NCBI GenBank assembly: GCA_964431415.1
Contig: CAYSJS010000002.1
Span: forward strand, 3,055-67,054
DNA: 64,000 nucleotides
Direction of reading: 5' to 3'
Source: an uncultured Candidatus Saccharibacteria bacterium
Lineage (GTDB): Bacteria > Patescibacteriota > Saccharimonadia > Saccharimonadales > JACDBH01
Below the pieces are notes generated by a model that saw nothing but the letters and a program-made list of their open reading frames with translations, was not told the origin of the DNA and ran no database searches. This document shows positions 54,410 to 62,929 of the stretch, piece after piece. Each line of letters begins with the position of its first letter. Within the stretch, counting starts at the first letter, position 1. The translations under genes were made by a program, and so were the position numbers.

Positions 54410-56953
54410 CTAAACTCTGGCCGCCTGCAGCTTTTCGGCAGTTTTAGCGGTCACCTTCTCGAGGATCTCATTGGTTTCTTCAATCTTGAGCGTCTTAGCG
54501 GGATGCATAAGCCATACACGTACGGTCACACGGCGCATATCCTGCATGTCATCGCTCTGATATATGTCGCGCGGCCTTAGGACGTAATCTACTCCGGTTT
54601 GCGCATGTACTTCACTTAACACCTCATCTATGACCGCGACTAACTCTTGATGCGTATGCACAAACGGCAGAGTAAATGTCATATCTTGCTCGACCTTCGG
54701 GAATGCGCTCATTATCTTATAGGAACTGTCGGCGCCATGAGACACTGCCGCAAGGTCAATCTCGAAACCGGCGCAAAAGACAGGTAATTTAAGGGACTTT
54801 CTGACTTCTGCCCTAAACTCACCGATTACGCCCACTATATGGCCATCGACCTTAATAACCGCGCTTCTGCCTATTTGGTAGCAGCTCGTTACCGGGTATT
54901 CATTGCTCTCGAGCACTTCGTAGCTGACTTGTGTATTCCTAAGTAATTCGGCAAGGTACAGCTTTGCCTCGTAAAACGGGCTGCCCTCGTACTTTCTAGC
55001 AGCAGTTTTATCATCAGCCGCAAACACCAGCGCCACCCGCTCCATTTCAAGAGGGACATCCTCGTCTGTCATGTGACCTTTTACATGTGCCTTACCTATC
55101 TCAAACAAAGCGAAATCGTTATCATCCTCACGCACAATGTCGGCACGAATATTACCGCGCACTTTGTCAAGCAGGCTAGGCATTAGCGCCGTACGATAAT
55201 ACTGCAGGTCCGGGCTCAGGGCGTTACGAAGGTGAAATGCCCACTTCTCTGGGTCGGTGCCGGTCTTTTGCATCAAGTTGCCATGAACAAAGCTGTATGT
55301 CAAAACTTCGTTGGCGCCGGCCGCGGCAAGAACTGCACAAACTCTTTGCTTAGTATCCAGGCTTTGATTCCGTGGAGTCGGAGACGACTTTCTCTCCGGC
55401 AAAACAAAGGGCAGCTGGTCAAAACCGTGCAAACGTCCTACTTCTTCCACAATATCTTCCGGCAGTTCAATGTCCATGCGCCAAAATGGAGCAGTCACCT
55501 TTAGCGTGCCAGTTGTTTCATCTACCGTGCACGAGAATTCAACATTTCCAAGCAGCGTGGCTATGTCTCCGGGCTTGAGCGCGGTACCTAGTCTCTCGTT
55601 TATAAAATCAGCATGCACTGCAACCGATTTTTGATTTTCTGCAGCGGCCTGGTTACTGTCTACCGCCTTGCCCACAACGCGGCTGCCCGGCACTATTTCA
55701 CGAATAAGGTCGACAGCTTTTGCAAGCACGCTTGGACACTGAAGCGGCGACTGGCCTTTGGTAAAGCGCATTGCAGCATCGGTAAATACTCCGTGTTCCA
55801 TGCTCGTGCGGCGGATGTTGTACATGTCAAACGTGGCACATTCGATCAGTATGCGTGTGGTTTTTTCATCAATCTCGGAGTTATTGCCCCCCATAATGCC
55901 ACCGAGCGCAATCGGCTTGTCTTGGTCGCAAATCAAAATAGCATCGCTGCGCGGGGTGATAGTTTTGCCATCGAGAAGCGTCATCGTCTCACCCTCTTTT
56001 GGTTTTCGTACCACAATCTGAGCGCTGCCGTTCTTCGCAACTTTATCAAAATCAAAAGCATGAAGCGGCTGGCCCGTCATCATCATGACATAATTAGTTA
56101 TATCAACGATGTTATTAATCGGACGGATTCCCACCTTGGCAAGAGATACTTGTAGCCACAATGGGCTCGAACCAACCTGCACATCGTCCATACCAACGAG
56201 CATATATCTCGGAACCAGGTCACCCGCTTCCACAGTCACGCCATATTCCTGGATTTTAGAATCTGCTTGGCTTACACTTTCAAGACTGAGCGGCGACAAA
56301 TACCACTCAGGACTCGTAAAGCAGAGACCTTGTATACCGGCAAGCTCGCGGGCTACGCCCAAAAATCCAAAACAATCAGGACGGTGCGTAAACATTTTGT
56401 TTTCGCAGTCAACGATTACATCATCAAGTCCATACAGCTTTTTAAAGGGCGTACCGGGCACTAACAAATCACTATCAACTTCGTTCGGGTTTAACTCTAA
56501 GATGCCGCTATGATCATCGTTAATGCCGAGCTCATGCGCGCTGGCTAACATGCCGTTACTGACTACGCCGCGCAGTTCCCGCGCCTCAAGCACAAACGGG
56601 TCTTTGTCATACGAAGACGGTACAACGCTTCCTGGCGGCAGCCACACCACTACAATTCCTTCGCGTACGTTCGGCGCCCCGCACACCACTTGTACGTGCC
56701 CCTGTTCGTTGCGCTTGACATCAGGGGTAATACCACCGTCGTCAATAGTTACCACATGCAGCCGATCAGCGTTTGGATGCTGCTCACAAGCCACCACCCG
56801 AACCACTACCGCTCCGTCGTATTTTTTCCCGGTATAAATAACCTCTTCAACTGCGCCGAGCTGGGCGCCGATCTTTTTAAGCAGCGCGTCTGTGCCGATT
56901 TCGTTAAGCGGCACCGTACTATATTGCTGCGCGTCGTATAAACTAACTTTCAT
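54410..56953 (-). CDS. pheT: Phenylalanine--tRNA ligase beta subunit
   Basis: It has an N-terminal tRNA-binding OB domain, B3/4 and B5 domains and a C-terminal FDX-ACB domain. I prefer ATG 56953 (MKVSLYDAQQY, GGGAG 8 nt upstream) over the track start 56980. Confidence 0.94.
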   Translation of the reverse strand: MKVSLYDAQQYSTVPLNEIGTDALLKKIGAQLGAVEEVIYTGKKYDGAVVVRVVACEQHPNADRLHVVTIDDGGITPDVKRNEQGHVQVVCGAPNVREGIVVVWLPPGSVVPSSYDKDPFVLEARELRGVVSNGMLASAHELGINDDHSGILELNPNEVDSDLLVPGTPFKKLYGLDDVIVDCENKMFTHRPDCFGFLGVARELAGIQGLCFTSPEWYLSPLSLESVSQADSKIQEYGVTVEAGDLVPRYMLVGMDDVQVGSSPLWLQVSLAKVGIRPINNIVDITNYVMMMTGQPLHAFDFDKVAKNGSAQIVVRKPKEGETMTLLDGKTITPRSDAILICDQDKPIALGGIMGGNNSEIDEKTTRILIECATFDMYNIRRTSMEHGVFTDAAMRFTKGQSPLQCPSVLAKAVDLIREIVPGSRVVGKAVDSNQAAAENQKSVAVHADFINERLGTALKPGDIATLLGNVEFSCTVDETTGTLKVTAPFWRMDIELPEDIVEEVGRLHGFDQLPFVLPERKSSPTPRNQSLDTKQRVCAVLAAAGANEVLTYSFVHGNLMQKTGTDPEKWAFHLRNALSPDLQYYRTALMPSLLDKVRGNIRADIVREDDNDFALFEIGKAHVKGHMTDEDVPLEMERVALVFAADDKTAARKYEGSPFYEAKLYLAELLRNTQVSYEVLESNEYPVTSCYQIGRSAVIKVDGHIVGVIGEFRAEVRKSLKLPVFCAGFEIDLAAVSHGADSSYKIMSAFPKVEQDMTFTLPFVHTHQELVAVIDEVLSEVHAQTGVDYVLRPRDIYQSDDMQDMRRVTVRVWLMHPAKTLKIEETNEILEKVTAKTAEKLQAARV

Positions 56954-57299
56954 GGAACACTCCCGTAATCGCGGCCGCAACTTTGCCTACAAATTCTTCA
57001 TACGGCGGCCTTGGTGCTACCTCTTCGCCGAGGAATCTTCGTTTTGAACGTAAGTTTCGGTCTATAAGCCGACCAACAGCCTCTGGGCTACGATACCTCT
57101 CTTCGTCTGCATCGTCTTGTATGTCCGGCCCAGAATAATACAGTCCTACGAGAGCGTCGGCAACAGCGTCGGCGTCGCCAGCCCGCCACGACCCCATTAG
57201 TGCCCCACGCAGTTCTTGGTCAATGCGAAGATTCTCTTGATAAGCCACAAGGTCAGTCGCTTGGTCGCCCGTATTCATGCTTGGTCGTTCTATTTTCAT
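56943..57299 (-). CDS. Hypothetical acidic protein (118 aa) inserted between pheS and pheT
   Basis: The ORF exactly fills the pheS-pheT gap. It has an ATGA overlap with the pheS stop (57296-57299) and an 11-nt overlap with the pheT start. No motif recognised. Confidence 0.5.
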   Translation of the reverse strand: MKIERPSMNTGDQATDLVAYQENLRIDQELRGALMGSWRAGDADAVADALVGLYYSGPDIQDDADEERYRSPEAVGRLIDRNLRSKRRFLGEEVAPRPPYEEFVGKVAAAITGVFHES

Positions 57300-58318
57300 T
57301 TAAATTGCCTCAAAAATTCTAGTTTTGCCGACTCAAAGTGACGAATATCTTCTATGCCGTATTTCATAAGCACCAAGCGCTCAATACCACAGCCCCACGC
57401 AAAGCCGGTATATTCGTTAGGATCTATGCCTGCCTCTTTAAGTACGTTTGGATGAATCATACCGCAGCCGAGCAGCTCGAGCCACATGTCTGCTTCGGTA
57501 TCGCCCTTGCGGAGGCCTGCCGGACGTTCAATAGCAAACTCAAAGCTCGGCTCGGTAAACGGGAAATAAAACGGCTGAATTTTTGCACGCAGTTCCTGGC
57601 CAAAATATTCGCTCATAAATGCACGCAGGGTCGCAACCAAGTTGCCGACATGCACGCCTTTGTTTACATACACACCTTCAAACTGATAAAAGGTATGCTC
57701 GTGCGTCACGTCAATGTCTTCGTTACGAAAAACTCTGCCAGGTATAACTACCGCAATCGGTTCGCCGTTTTCAAGATTCTTTTTATACTTTTTTAGAACC
57801 CGGTTCTGCATCGTGCTGGTATGAGCCGGGGCGATCAAACCTTCATCGGTCATAAACGTGTCATAGTCGTCCCGCGCTGGGTGGCCTTCAGGGAAGTTGA
57901 GGCTGCTAAACATATGATAATCGTCATCTATCTGACGTGATTCGACCGCCTCAAAGCCCATGCGGTAAAAAATGTCGACAATGTAGTTCAGTTCGGTCAT
58001 GAGCGGGTGCTGGCTGCCAAACTGAGTCGGTAAAAACTGAGGCCGTTTTTTACTGTTAACGTCCCAGGGAGCAGTGACATCTATAGGGGCAACGGATTCG
58101 TTTTGCGTTCCCGAGGCGCCCTCTGCTGCATGTTCTAGCTCGTTACGTAGCTGGTTTACTTCTTTACCAAAAGCGCCACGCTCTTCCGGCGGTAAGGTTT
58201 TTATTCGCTCGTAAAGCGCCTTGAGTTCGGGCGACTTTAATACGGCCGCACCTTCTTGGGAGACTTTTTCAAGCAAGATGGCGGCAACTTCAGCAATTTC
58301 AGTATTCTGATAGCTCAT
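57296..58318 (-). CDS. pheS: Phenylalanine--tRNA ligase alpha subunit
   Basis: 340 aa with class II aaRS motifs (HPLM..., FRNEDIDVTHEHTFYQFEG, GFAWGCGIERL). Confidence 0.95.
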   Translation of the reverse strand: MSYQNTEIAEVAAILLEKVSQEGAAVLKSPELKALYERIKTLPPEERGAFGKEVNQLRNELEHAAEGASGTQNESVAPIDVTAPWDVNSKKRPQFLPTQFGSQHPLMTELNYIVDIFYRMGFEAVESRQIDDDYHMFSSLNFPEGHPARDDYDTFMTDEGLIAPAHTSTMQNRVLKKYKKNLENGEPIAVVIPGRVFRNEDIDVTHEHTFYQFEGVYVNKGVHVGNLVATLRAFMSEYFGQELRAKIQPFYFPFTEPSFEFAIERPAGLRKGDTEADMWLELLGCGMIHPNVLKEAGIDPNEYTGFAWGCGIERLVLMKYGIEDIRHFESAKLEFLRQFK

Positions 58319-58387
58319 TTGCCCCTAATTATACCAGAGTCGCGTGATATACTTTCGCTTTTTGTCTTTGGCTTGTGTGAAGGCAAC

Positions 58388-58696
58388 CTACCTTTTTAAA
58401 GACGATGCGCTTTTCGCAGCTATAGCAAATCCAGCCGCGCACATCATGAGCTCCAAGTCAGTAATGAATAATACGCCATCTACAGGATCTGGCGCACCGT
58501 CGTTACTACCTATGACCTCGCCAAAAACATGTTTTTGATCACCAGCCCAATGAGTGACAGTCTCCGCTATACTGGATTCGCGCATTCTCAGCTCCTCTGC
58601 CTGCTCCATGTTTTTCCACCCCTGTATACCACCAGTAAATATCATTCCTACTCCCAGTGCAGTTCCAGCAAAATTCCAACCCTGATTCCGTGCCAT
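58388..58696 (-). CDS. Hypothetical protein (102 aa), hydrophobic at both ends
   Basis: The ORF has the SD AGGAGA 7 nt upstream and is divergent from yajQ. No motif recognised. Confidence 0.4.
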   Translation of the reverse strand: MARNQGWNFAGTALGVGMIFTGGIQGWKNMEQAEELRMRESSIAETVTHWAGDQKHVFGEVIGSNDGAPDPVDGVLFITDLELMMCAAGFAIAAKSASSLKR

Positions 58697-58756
58697 TGTA
58701 TTTCTCCTATTATTACAAGTTGAACACCTTAACGTTATACGCCTATATTCACATGT

Positions 58757-58784
58757 TTGAAAGTAACGTGTTATATTTTACAAT
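58757..58784 (+). promoter_or_regulatory. Sigma70-type promoter TTGAAA-16-TACAAT, 6 nt upstream of the yajQ ATG (leaderless-type)
   Basis: TTGAAA is at 58757-58762 and TACAAT at 58779-58784, with the ATG at 58791. There is no room for an SD. Confidence 0.6.
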
Positions 58785-58790
58785 TACCAT

Positions 58791-59285
58791 ATGGCACAAT
58801 TTTCTTTTGACATTGTAAGCGACTACGACAAAGCAGAACTAAACAACGTATACGACCAAACTCAGCGTGAGCTGGATAGCCGTTACGACTTTAAGGGTAC
58901 GCCGGCAGCGGTTGAGTGGCTGGACGACAAAAAAGGCTTAAAAGTTACTGGCAATGGCGACTGGCAGATTGATGCAATTTTGGATATTGTCAGAAAAAAA
59001 CTTGCCGCCCGCGGCCAAAGCCAGAAATTACTCGACGTTTCAAAAGAGCCGGTAGTCGCAAACCTTAAGACCACCAAAGAAGTACCTTTTAAGAAAGGTC
59101 TCGACCAAGAAAAGGCCAAGAAGATCACCTCAATCGTGCGTGAAAAGTTCCCGAAAGTAAAACCACAAATTCAAGGCGAGGAGGTACGCGTCACGAGCAA
59201 CAGCAAAGATGATCTCCAGGCAGTTATGGCGCTACTCCGCGAACAAGACTTTGACTTTCCGCTCCAGTTCCAAAACTTCCGCTAA
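58791..59285 (+). CDS. yajQ: YajQ family (UPF0234) nucleotide-binding protein
   Basis: 164 aa. MAQFSFDIVSDYDKAELNNVYDQTQRELDSRYDFKGT is a canonical YajQ N-terminus. Confidence 0.85.
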   Translation: MAQFSFDIVSDYDKAELNNVYDQTQRELDSRYDFKGTPAAVEWLDDKKGLKVTGNGDWQIDAILDIVRKKLAARGQSQKLLDVSKEPVVANLKTTKEVPFKKGLDQEKAKKITSIVREKFPKVKPQIQGEEVRVTSNSKDDLQAVMALLREQDFDFPLQFQNFR

Positions 59286-59294
59286 ACAATCTTG

Positions 59295-59573
59295 CTATAC
59301 CAGAGCTAATTCGGCAGTCTTATCCATAAACAATGCGGCATGTTGCACCACCCGCTCTCTACGCTGACGGCTGCGTTCAAGGTCATACACCGGCGCAAGC
59401 TCCAGTGCTATGGCCCCAGTTAAAAACGGCATGATGGGTCGCCGCGGCTCACGCACGCCGCCGAAATCGGGCGGGCACATTTCTGGAAACATGTCACACG
59501 GCGTTGCCGTCGCCTCAAGTTCGGTCTTAAAGTTTTGTATGAGTGCTTCGTATTGTGGGTTTAGTTCATTCAT
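59295..59573 (-). CDS. Hypothetical protein (92 aa)
   Basis: ORF only; convergent with yajQ. No motif recognised. Confidence 0.4.
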   Translation of the reverse strand: MNELNPQYEALIQNFKTELEATATPCDMFPEMCPPDFGGVREPRRPIMPFLTGAIALELAPVYDLERSRQRRERVVQHAALFMDKTAELALV

Positions 59574-59624
59574 ACTTCAGATCATACGTTCCGTAGGACA
59601 ATAGCTCTAGACGAGCCGTTTTGA

Positions 59625-59640
59625 GTCAAATTATTTTGAC
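59625..59640. promoter_or_regulatory. Palindrome GTCAAA-ttat-TTTGAC in the divergent region upstream of the wHTH gene (candidate operator)
   Basis: A 6-bp inverted repeat with a 4-nt spacer, about 50 nt upstream of the ATG at 59693. Confidence 0.3.
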
Positions 59641-59692
59641 CGCAAGGGAGATTTAGAGGCGGCTAGGGTTTGATGTATTATCATAGCTATAC

Positions 59693-60364
59693 ATGCAGGA
59701 GCACCACATCCAGAAAAACATCCTTCATAAGCTCGTTTTACGCGATAATGCTCGTTTTGCCGACCTAAAACCGAAGGGTTTGGACAGCAATGCGTTTACG
59801 TACCACCTTAAGCAGCTCATTAAAGATAAGCTGGTCGCCAAACAGGACGACGGAACATATACCCTTATATCACTGGGAAGAGTAGCTGGTATAAACGTAA
59901 CGTTAAACAAAAAAGAGATGCTGGAACAAGCCCATTCCATCCTGCTCATGTGTCTGAGGACAGAAAAGGAAGGCTGGATGCTCAGAAGACGTTTGGCGCA
60001 GCCTATGTACCGAAAAGTTGGCTTCGTACACGCCGAACCCCTGCCCACCGAGCCTATTACCGTTACCGCTCAGCGAGTGTTTGAGGAACGCACCGGTCTA
60101 TGTGCCGATTTTACGCCAGTTGGCTCCGGCTATGTACATTTACTCCGCGGTGAAGATCTTGAAAGCTTCACCCACTTTACACTGCTTATCAGCAAAAGCT
60201 ACACCGGCGATCTGGATCCGCTTAAAAGAAACGGCGAAAACTTTTTTGAAAAGCACCCCGATTTTACCTCCGAGGACATGATCCCAAGCATGCCCGACAT
60301 GGTGCGCCTGCTGAAACAAAAGACAGACGATTTCTTTTTTGCCGATCTTACATATCAAGTGTGA
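59693..60364 (+). CDS. Putative winged-helix DNA-binding protein with an uncharacterised C-terminal domain
   Basis: 223 aa. The N-terminus (NILHKLVLRDNARFADLKPKGLDSNAFTYHLKQLIKDKLVAKQDDGTYTLISLG) has a wHTH pattern. The C-terminal ~150 aa are unassigned. Confidence 0.5.
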   Translation: MQEHHIQKNILHKLVLRDNARFADLKPKGLDSNAFTYHLKQLIKDKLVAKQDDGTYTLISLGRVAGINVTLNKKEMLEQAHSILLMCLRTEKEGWMLRRRLAQPMYRKVGFVHAEPLPTEPITVTAQRVFEERTGLCADFTPVGSGYVHLLRGEDLESFTHFTLLISKSYTGDLDPLKRNGENFFEKHPDFTSEDMIPSMPDMVRLLKQKTDDFFFADLTYQV

Positions 60365-60427
60365 AGGTGATGAATTTGGCCTTTATGCCCTACGCGTATT
60401 GCACGCAAAGTATTATACTTAAGCATA

Positions 60428-61777
60428 ATGGAAGATTATGCCACTGCCGCCGACCATAGCGAAACAGACCTACCGTCACATTGTCTAAAGGTATTAAAAG
60501 ACAACTATCAACACAATCACACTAGCCCGGCTCGTCTGTATCCGCATCAGTGGCTGTGGGACAGTTGTTTTGTGGCTATCGGCATGCGCCATCATGATCT
60601 CGAACGTGCCGCCCAAGAAGTTGCCAGCTTAGTACATGGACAATGGGCAAACGGCATGATCCCGCACATGATCTTTAACCAGGGTCGAGAATACCGCCTA
60701 GAAAGAGAAACCTGGCGCAGCTGGCTGAGCCCTTTTGCTCCGGACAAACTGAGCACGAGCGGCATTACCCAGCCACCTATACTCGCCGATGCGGTTGTAA
60801 AAGTCGGCGAAAAAATGTCCGCAAGCGACCGGCGGGAGTTCTATCATTATATGTACGAACCGCTTGTCGGCTACCACACCTGGCTGTATACAGAGAGAGA
60901 TCCGCATCAAGAAGGGCTTACGCTACAAATACACCCCAACGAAGTGGGTATGGACAATACGCCGCCGTGGGTTCAGCAGTTGTATGAACATAACCGCCCA
61001 TGGTGGGTGGTGGCAGTCGAAAAGCTCCATCTCGATGCTTTTGTTAATCTCATACGCCGCGACACGCGGCGCGTCTCACCCGGCCAGCGCATCAGCAATA
61101 TGGAAGCGCTACTGCTCTGGGACGTGGTGAGGAGGCTTCGTCGCAAGCGCTACGACATTGACAAAATATTACACCGCTCACTTTTTGCTACCGAAGATGT
61201 TTTGTTCAATAGCGTTCTGGTCCGAAACAACACACAGCTGTGCGCCATTGCCAGCACATTAAGAAAAAAACTGCCCCCAGAGCTGCTCGCTCGCATGAAA
61301 AAAACCGAAGAAGCCCTCGAGACCCTCTACGACCCCGGCACCAAACAGTATTATTCTAGAGATTTTATTACACATAAATTGATCATTCAGCCGTCAATCG
61401 GCGCACTCATGCCGCTTTATGCTGGTAGTATCTCTAAAGAACGCGCCCAAGAACTCGTTAATCTACTAAAAGACCATAAAGAATATTGGCTTCACCATCC
61501 AGTGCCGAGCGTGCCACTTTCGTCCGAATACTTTAGCGCCGAACGGTACTGGCAAGGGCCGACCTGGGTAAATACTAACTGGCTGATAATTGACGGCTTA
61601 ACCAGATACGGCTTTCATGAAGAAGCACAAGACCTGCGAGACAGGACACTCGCCATGGTTCAGTCAGCCGGCTGTTACGAATACTTTTCGCCAATAGACG
61701 GCAAGGGCTTAGGCGCAGAAAACTTTTCCTGGACCGCCGCTCTCACGCTCGACCTCCTAGATCAGCAAAAAGCTTAA
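60428..61777 (+). CDS. GH63-like (alpha/alpha)6 glycoside hydrolase resembling glucosylglycerate/mannosylglycerate hydrolases
   Basis: 449 aa. LYPHQWLWDSCFVAIGM, QWANGMIPHMIF, SGITQPPILA, GMDNTPPW, YWQGPTWVNTNWL and EYFSP..G..LGAENFSWTAAL match motifs I remember from the mycobacterial GgH / Thermus MgH family. Confidence 0.78.
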   Translation: MEDYATAADHSETDLPSHCLKVLKDNYQHNHTSPARLYPHQWLWDSCFVAIGMRHHDLERAAQEVASLVHGQWANGMIPHMIFNQGREYRLERETWRSWLSPFAPDKLSTSGITQPPILADAVVKVGEKMSASDRREFYHYMYEPLVGYHTWLYTERDPHQEGLTLQIHPNEVGMDNTPPWVQQLYEHNRPWWVVAVEKLHLDAFVNLIRRDTRRVSPGQRISNMEALLLWDVVRRLRRKRYDIDKILHRSLFATEDVLFNSVLVRNNTQLCAIASTLRKKLPPELLARMKKTEEALETLYDPGTKQYYSRDFITHKLIIQPSIGALMPLYAGSISKERAQELVNLLKDHKEYWLHHPVPSVPLSSEYFSAERYWQGPTWVNTNWLIIDGLTRYGFHEEAQDLRDRTLAMVQSAGCYEYFSPIDGKGLGAENFSWTAALTLDLLDQQKA

Positions 61778-62859
61778 GCTTTATGGCCGCGGTGCCGCCG
61801 CCGCAGCGCAAGCTCTGTAAGTTCCTGTCTTTCTCCGAGCCAAAAACTAACCGCCATAAGTGTAACGGTTATGTAAGAACCCCAGGCAACCGCTAGCCAG
61901 TTTCTTACGAGTAACGCCCAGCCATCACTAAAGAACGAGTGTGACTTTTCACTATTTATTATCTCGTTCACGGCCGCCGGTGTAATAGGCGATTTAATAA
62001 CCGCTACTAGCTGCATCATGCTGACTTTGTTCTTAGCGTCCACCATCTTAATCTTGACCGTGTAGTATCCTTGCTTCTCGTATGTGTGCTTAATGGTAAG
62101 CTTTTCGGCCTTAGGCGCCTTAAGAGTGTTCTCCTTACCATCGCCCCAGTTCAAGTACAAAGTATAGGGAGCCTTGCCACCCACAAGATACACATCCCAC
62201 GAAAAAGCAGAACCTAAGGACACCGGCTTATATTCAAATGAGGTCAGTATAACTGGTAAATCTCCCGGTGTCTCAACCGACGAAACATCAATTGTCTCGG
62301 TGCCCGCACCTTGAGCCGGTACTTCCGGCAGCGAAATAGGTCCCGGAGATATAACCACCGGCGCGTTATAAATAACCGATATGGACGGTGTTACCGGCCC
62401 TGGGTCGTTTGTCATATTATAAGCCTGCGCCTGAAGTATGTTCGTCCCTGGCAGCAAACTTATAACCACTTCAAAAGCACCGCCGCTGTCACACGTTGAA
62501 ACTCCGGCTAAGGCTGCGTTTCTCGTAACCTCTACGTACGAGTCACTTGGGCACGTACCCACAACGCTTACCGTTCCATTTGAAAAGGTAGCACCATCAC
62601 TGGGAGAAACGATAAACGCACCATCAGAAAGTGCCGGCGCCGCAACTTTAGCGGTTACCACCACTTCATCTGCTCGTGCACGAAAAGTTGAGCCAACTAT
62701 GAACACCCCAACGCACAGCAAGAAAAATACCGTTATCGGGTGCAGAAGCACCCTTTTATGTATAGGACGTTTGCGTGTAAGGGCTGCTTTTGCAGGCGCC
62801 GCTTTTTTTACGGATATCTTCTTTTTGACTGGTTTCTTCTGAACAGCTTTGGATTTCAT
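61774..62859 (-). CDS. Surface protein with a PKD-like domain, an N-terminal basic tail plus TM, and a C-terminal TM
   Basis: 361 aa with a Lys-rich N-terminus and a TM (VFFLLCVGVFIVGSTF), followed by beta-rich repeats. The PKD-like segment is YTLYLNWGDGKENTL...HTYEKQGYYTVKIKMVDAKN. There is also a C-terminal TM. Confidence 0.6.
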   Translation of the reverse strand: MKSKAVQKKPVKKKISVKKAAPAKAALTRKRPIHKRVLLHPITVFFLLCVGVFIVGSTFRARADEVVVTAKVAAPALSDGAFIVSPSDGATFSNGTVSVVGTCPSDSYVEVTRNAALAGVSTCDSGGAFEVVISLLPGTNILQAQAYNMTNDPGPVTPSISVIYNAPVVISPGPISLPEVPAQGAGTETIDVSSVETPGDLPVILTSFEYKPVSLGSAFSWDVYLVGGKAPYTLYLNWGDGKENTLKAPKAEKLTIKHTYEKQGYYTVKIKMVDAKNKVSMMQLVAVIKSPITPAAVNEIINSEKSHSFFSDGWALLVRNWLAVAWGSYITVTLMAVSFWLGERQELTELALRRRHRGHKA

Positions 62860-62929
62860 TTTTTTGTTTTTTATCTATAAACTAAGAATAGCACACCATG
62901 CCATCAAACGAGCATTCGTTTTCTTGGCT

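Noticed and set aside
56954-56980. 9-codon N-terminal extension of the pheT ORF (MRPRLRECS)
   Set aside because: ATG at 56953 gives the usual MKVSL… PheT start and has a GGGAG SD. The extension would lie deep inside orf118.
59624-59641. GTCAAA motifs resembling the CtsR heptad (A/GGTCAAA)
   Set aside because: The CtsR operator is a direct repeat of the heptad. Here the two copies are inverted (GTCAAA-N4-TTTGAC), and the locus is not upstream of a clp gene. It is kept only as a generic candidate operator.
61769-61782. 14-bp perfect palindrome AAAGCTTAAGCTTT spanning the overlapping stop codons of the convergent GH and PKD genes
   Set aside because: It is a real curiosity: both proteins end in ..KA* encoded by the same palindrome. 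As RNA, however, it gives only a 5-bp AU-rich stem with no U-tract. A related AGCTTAAGCT at 10135-10144 is not enough to argue for a functional motif.
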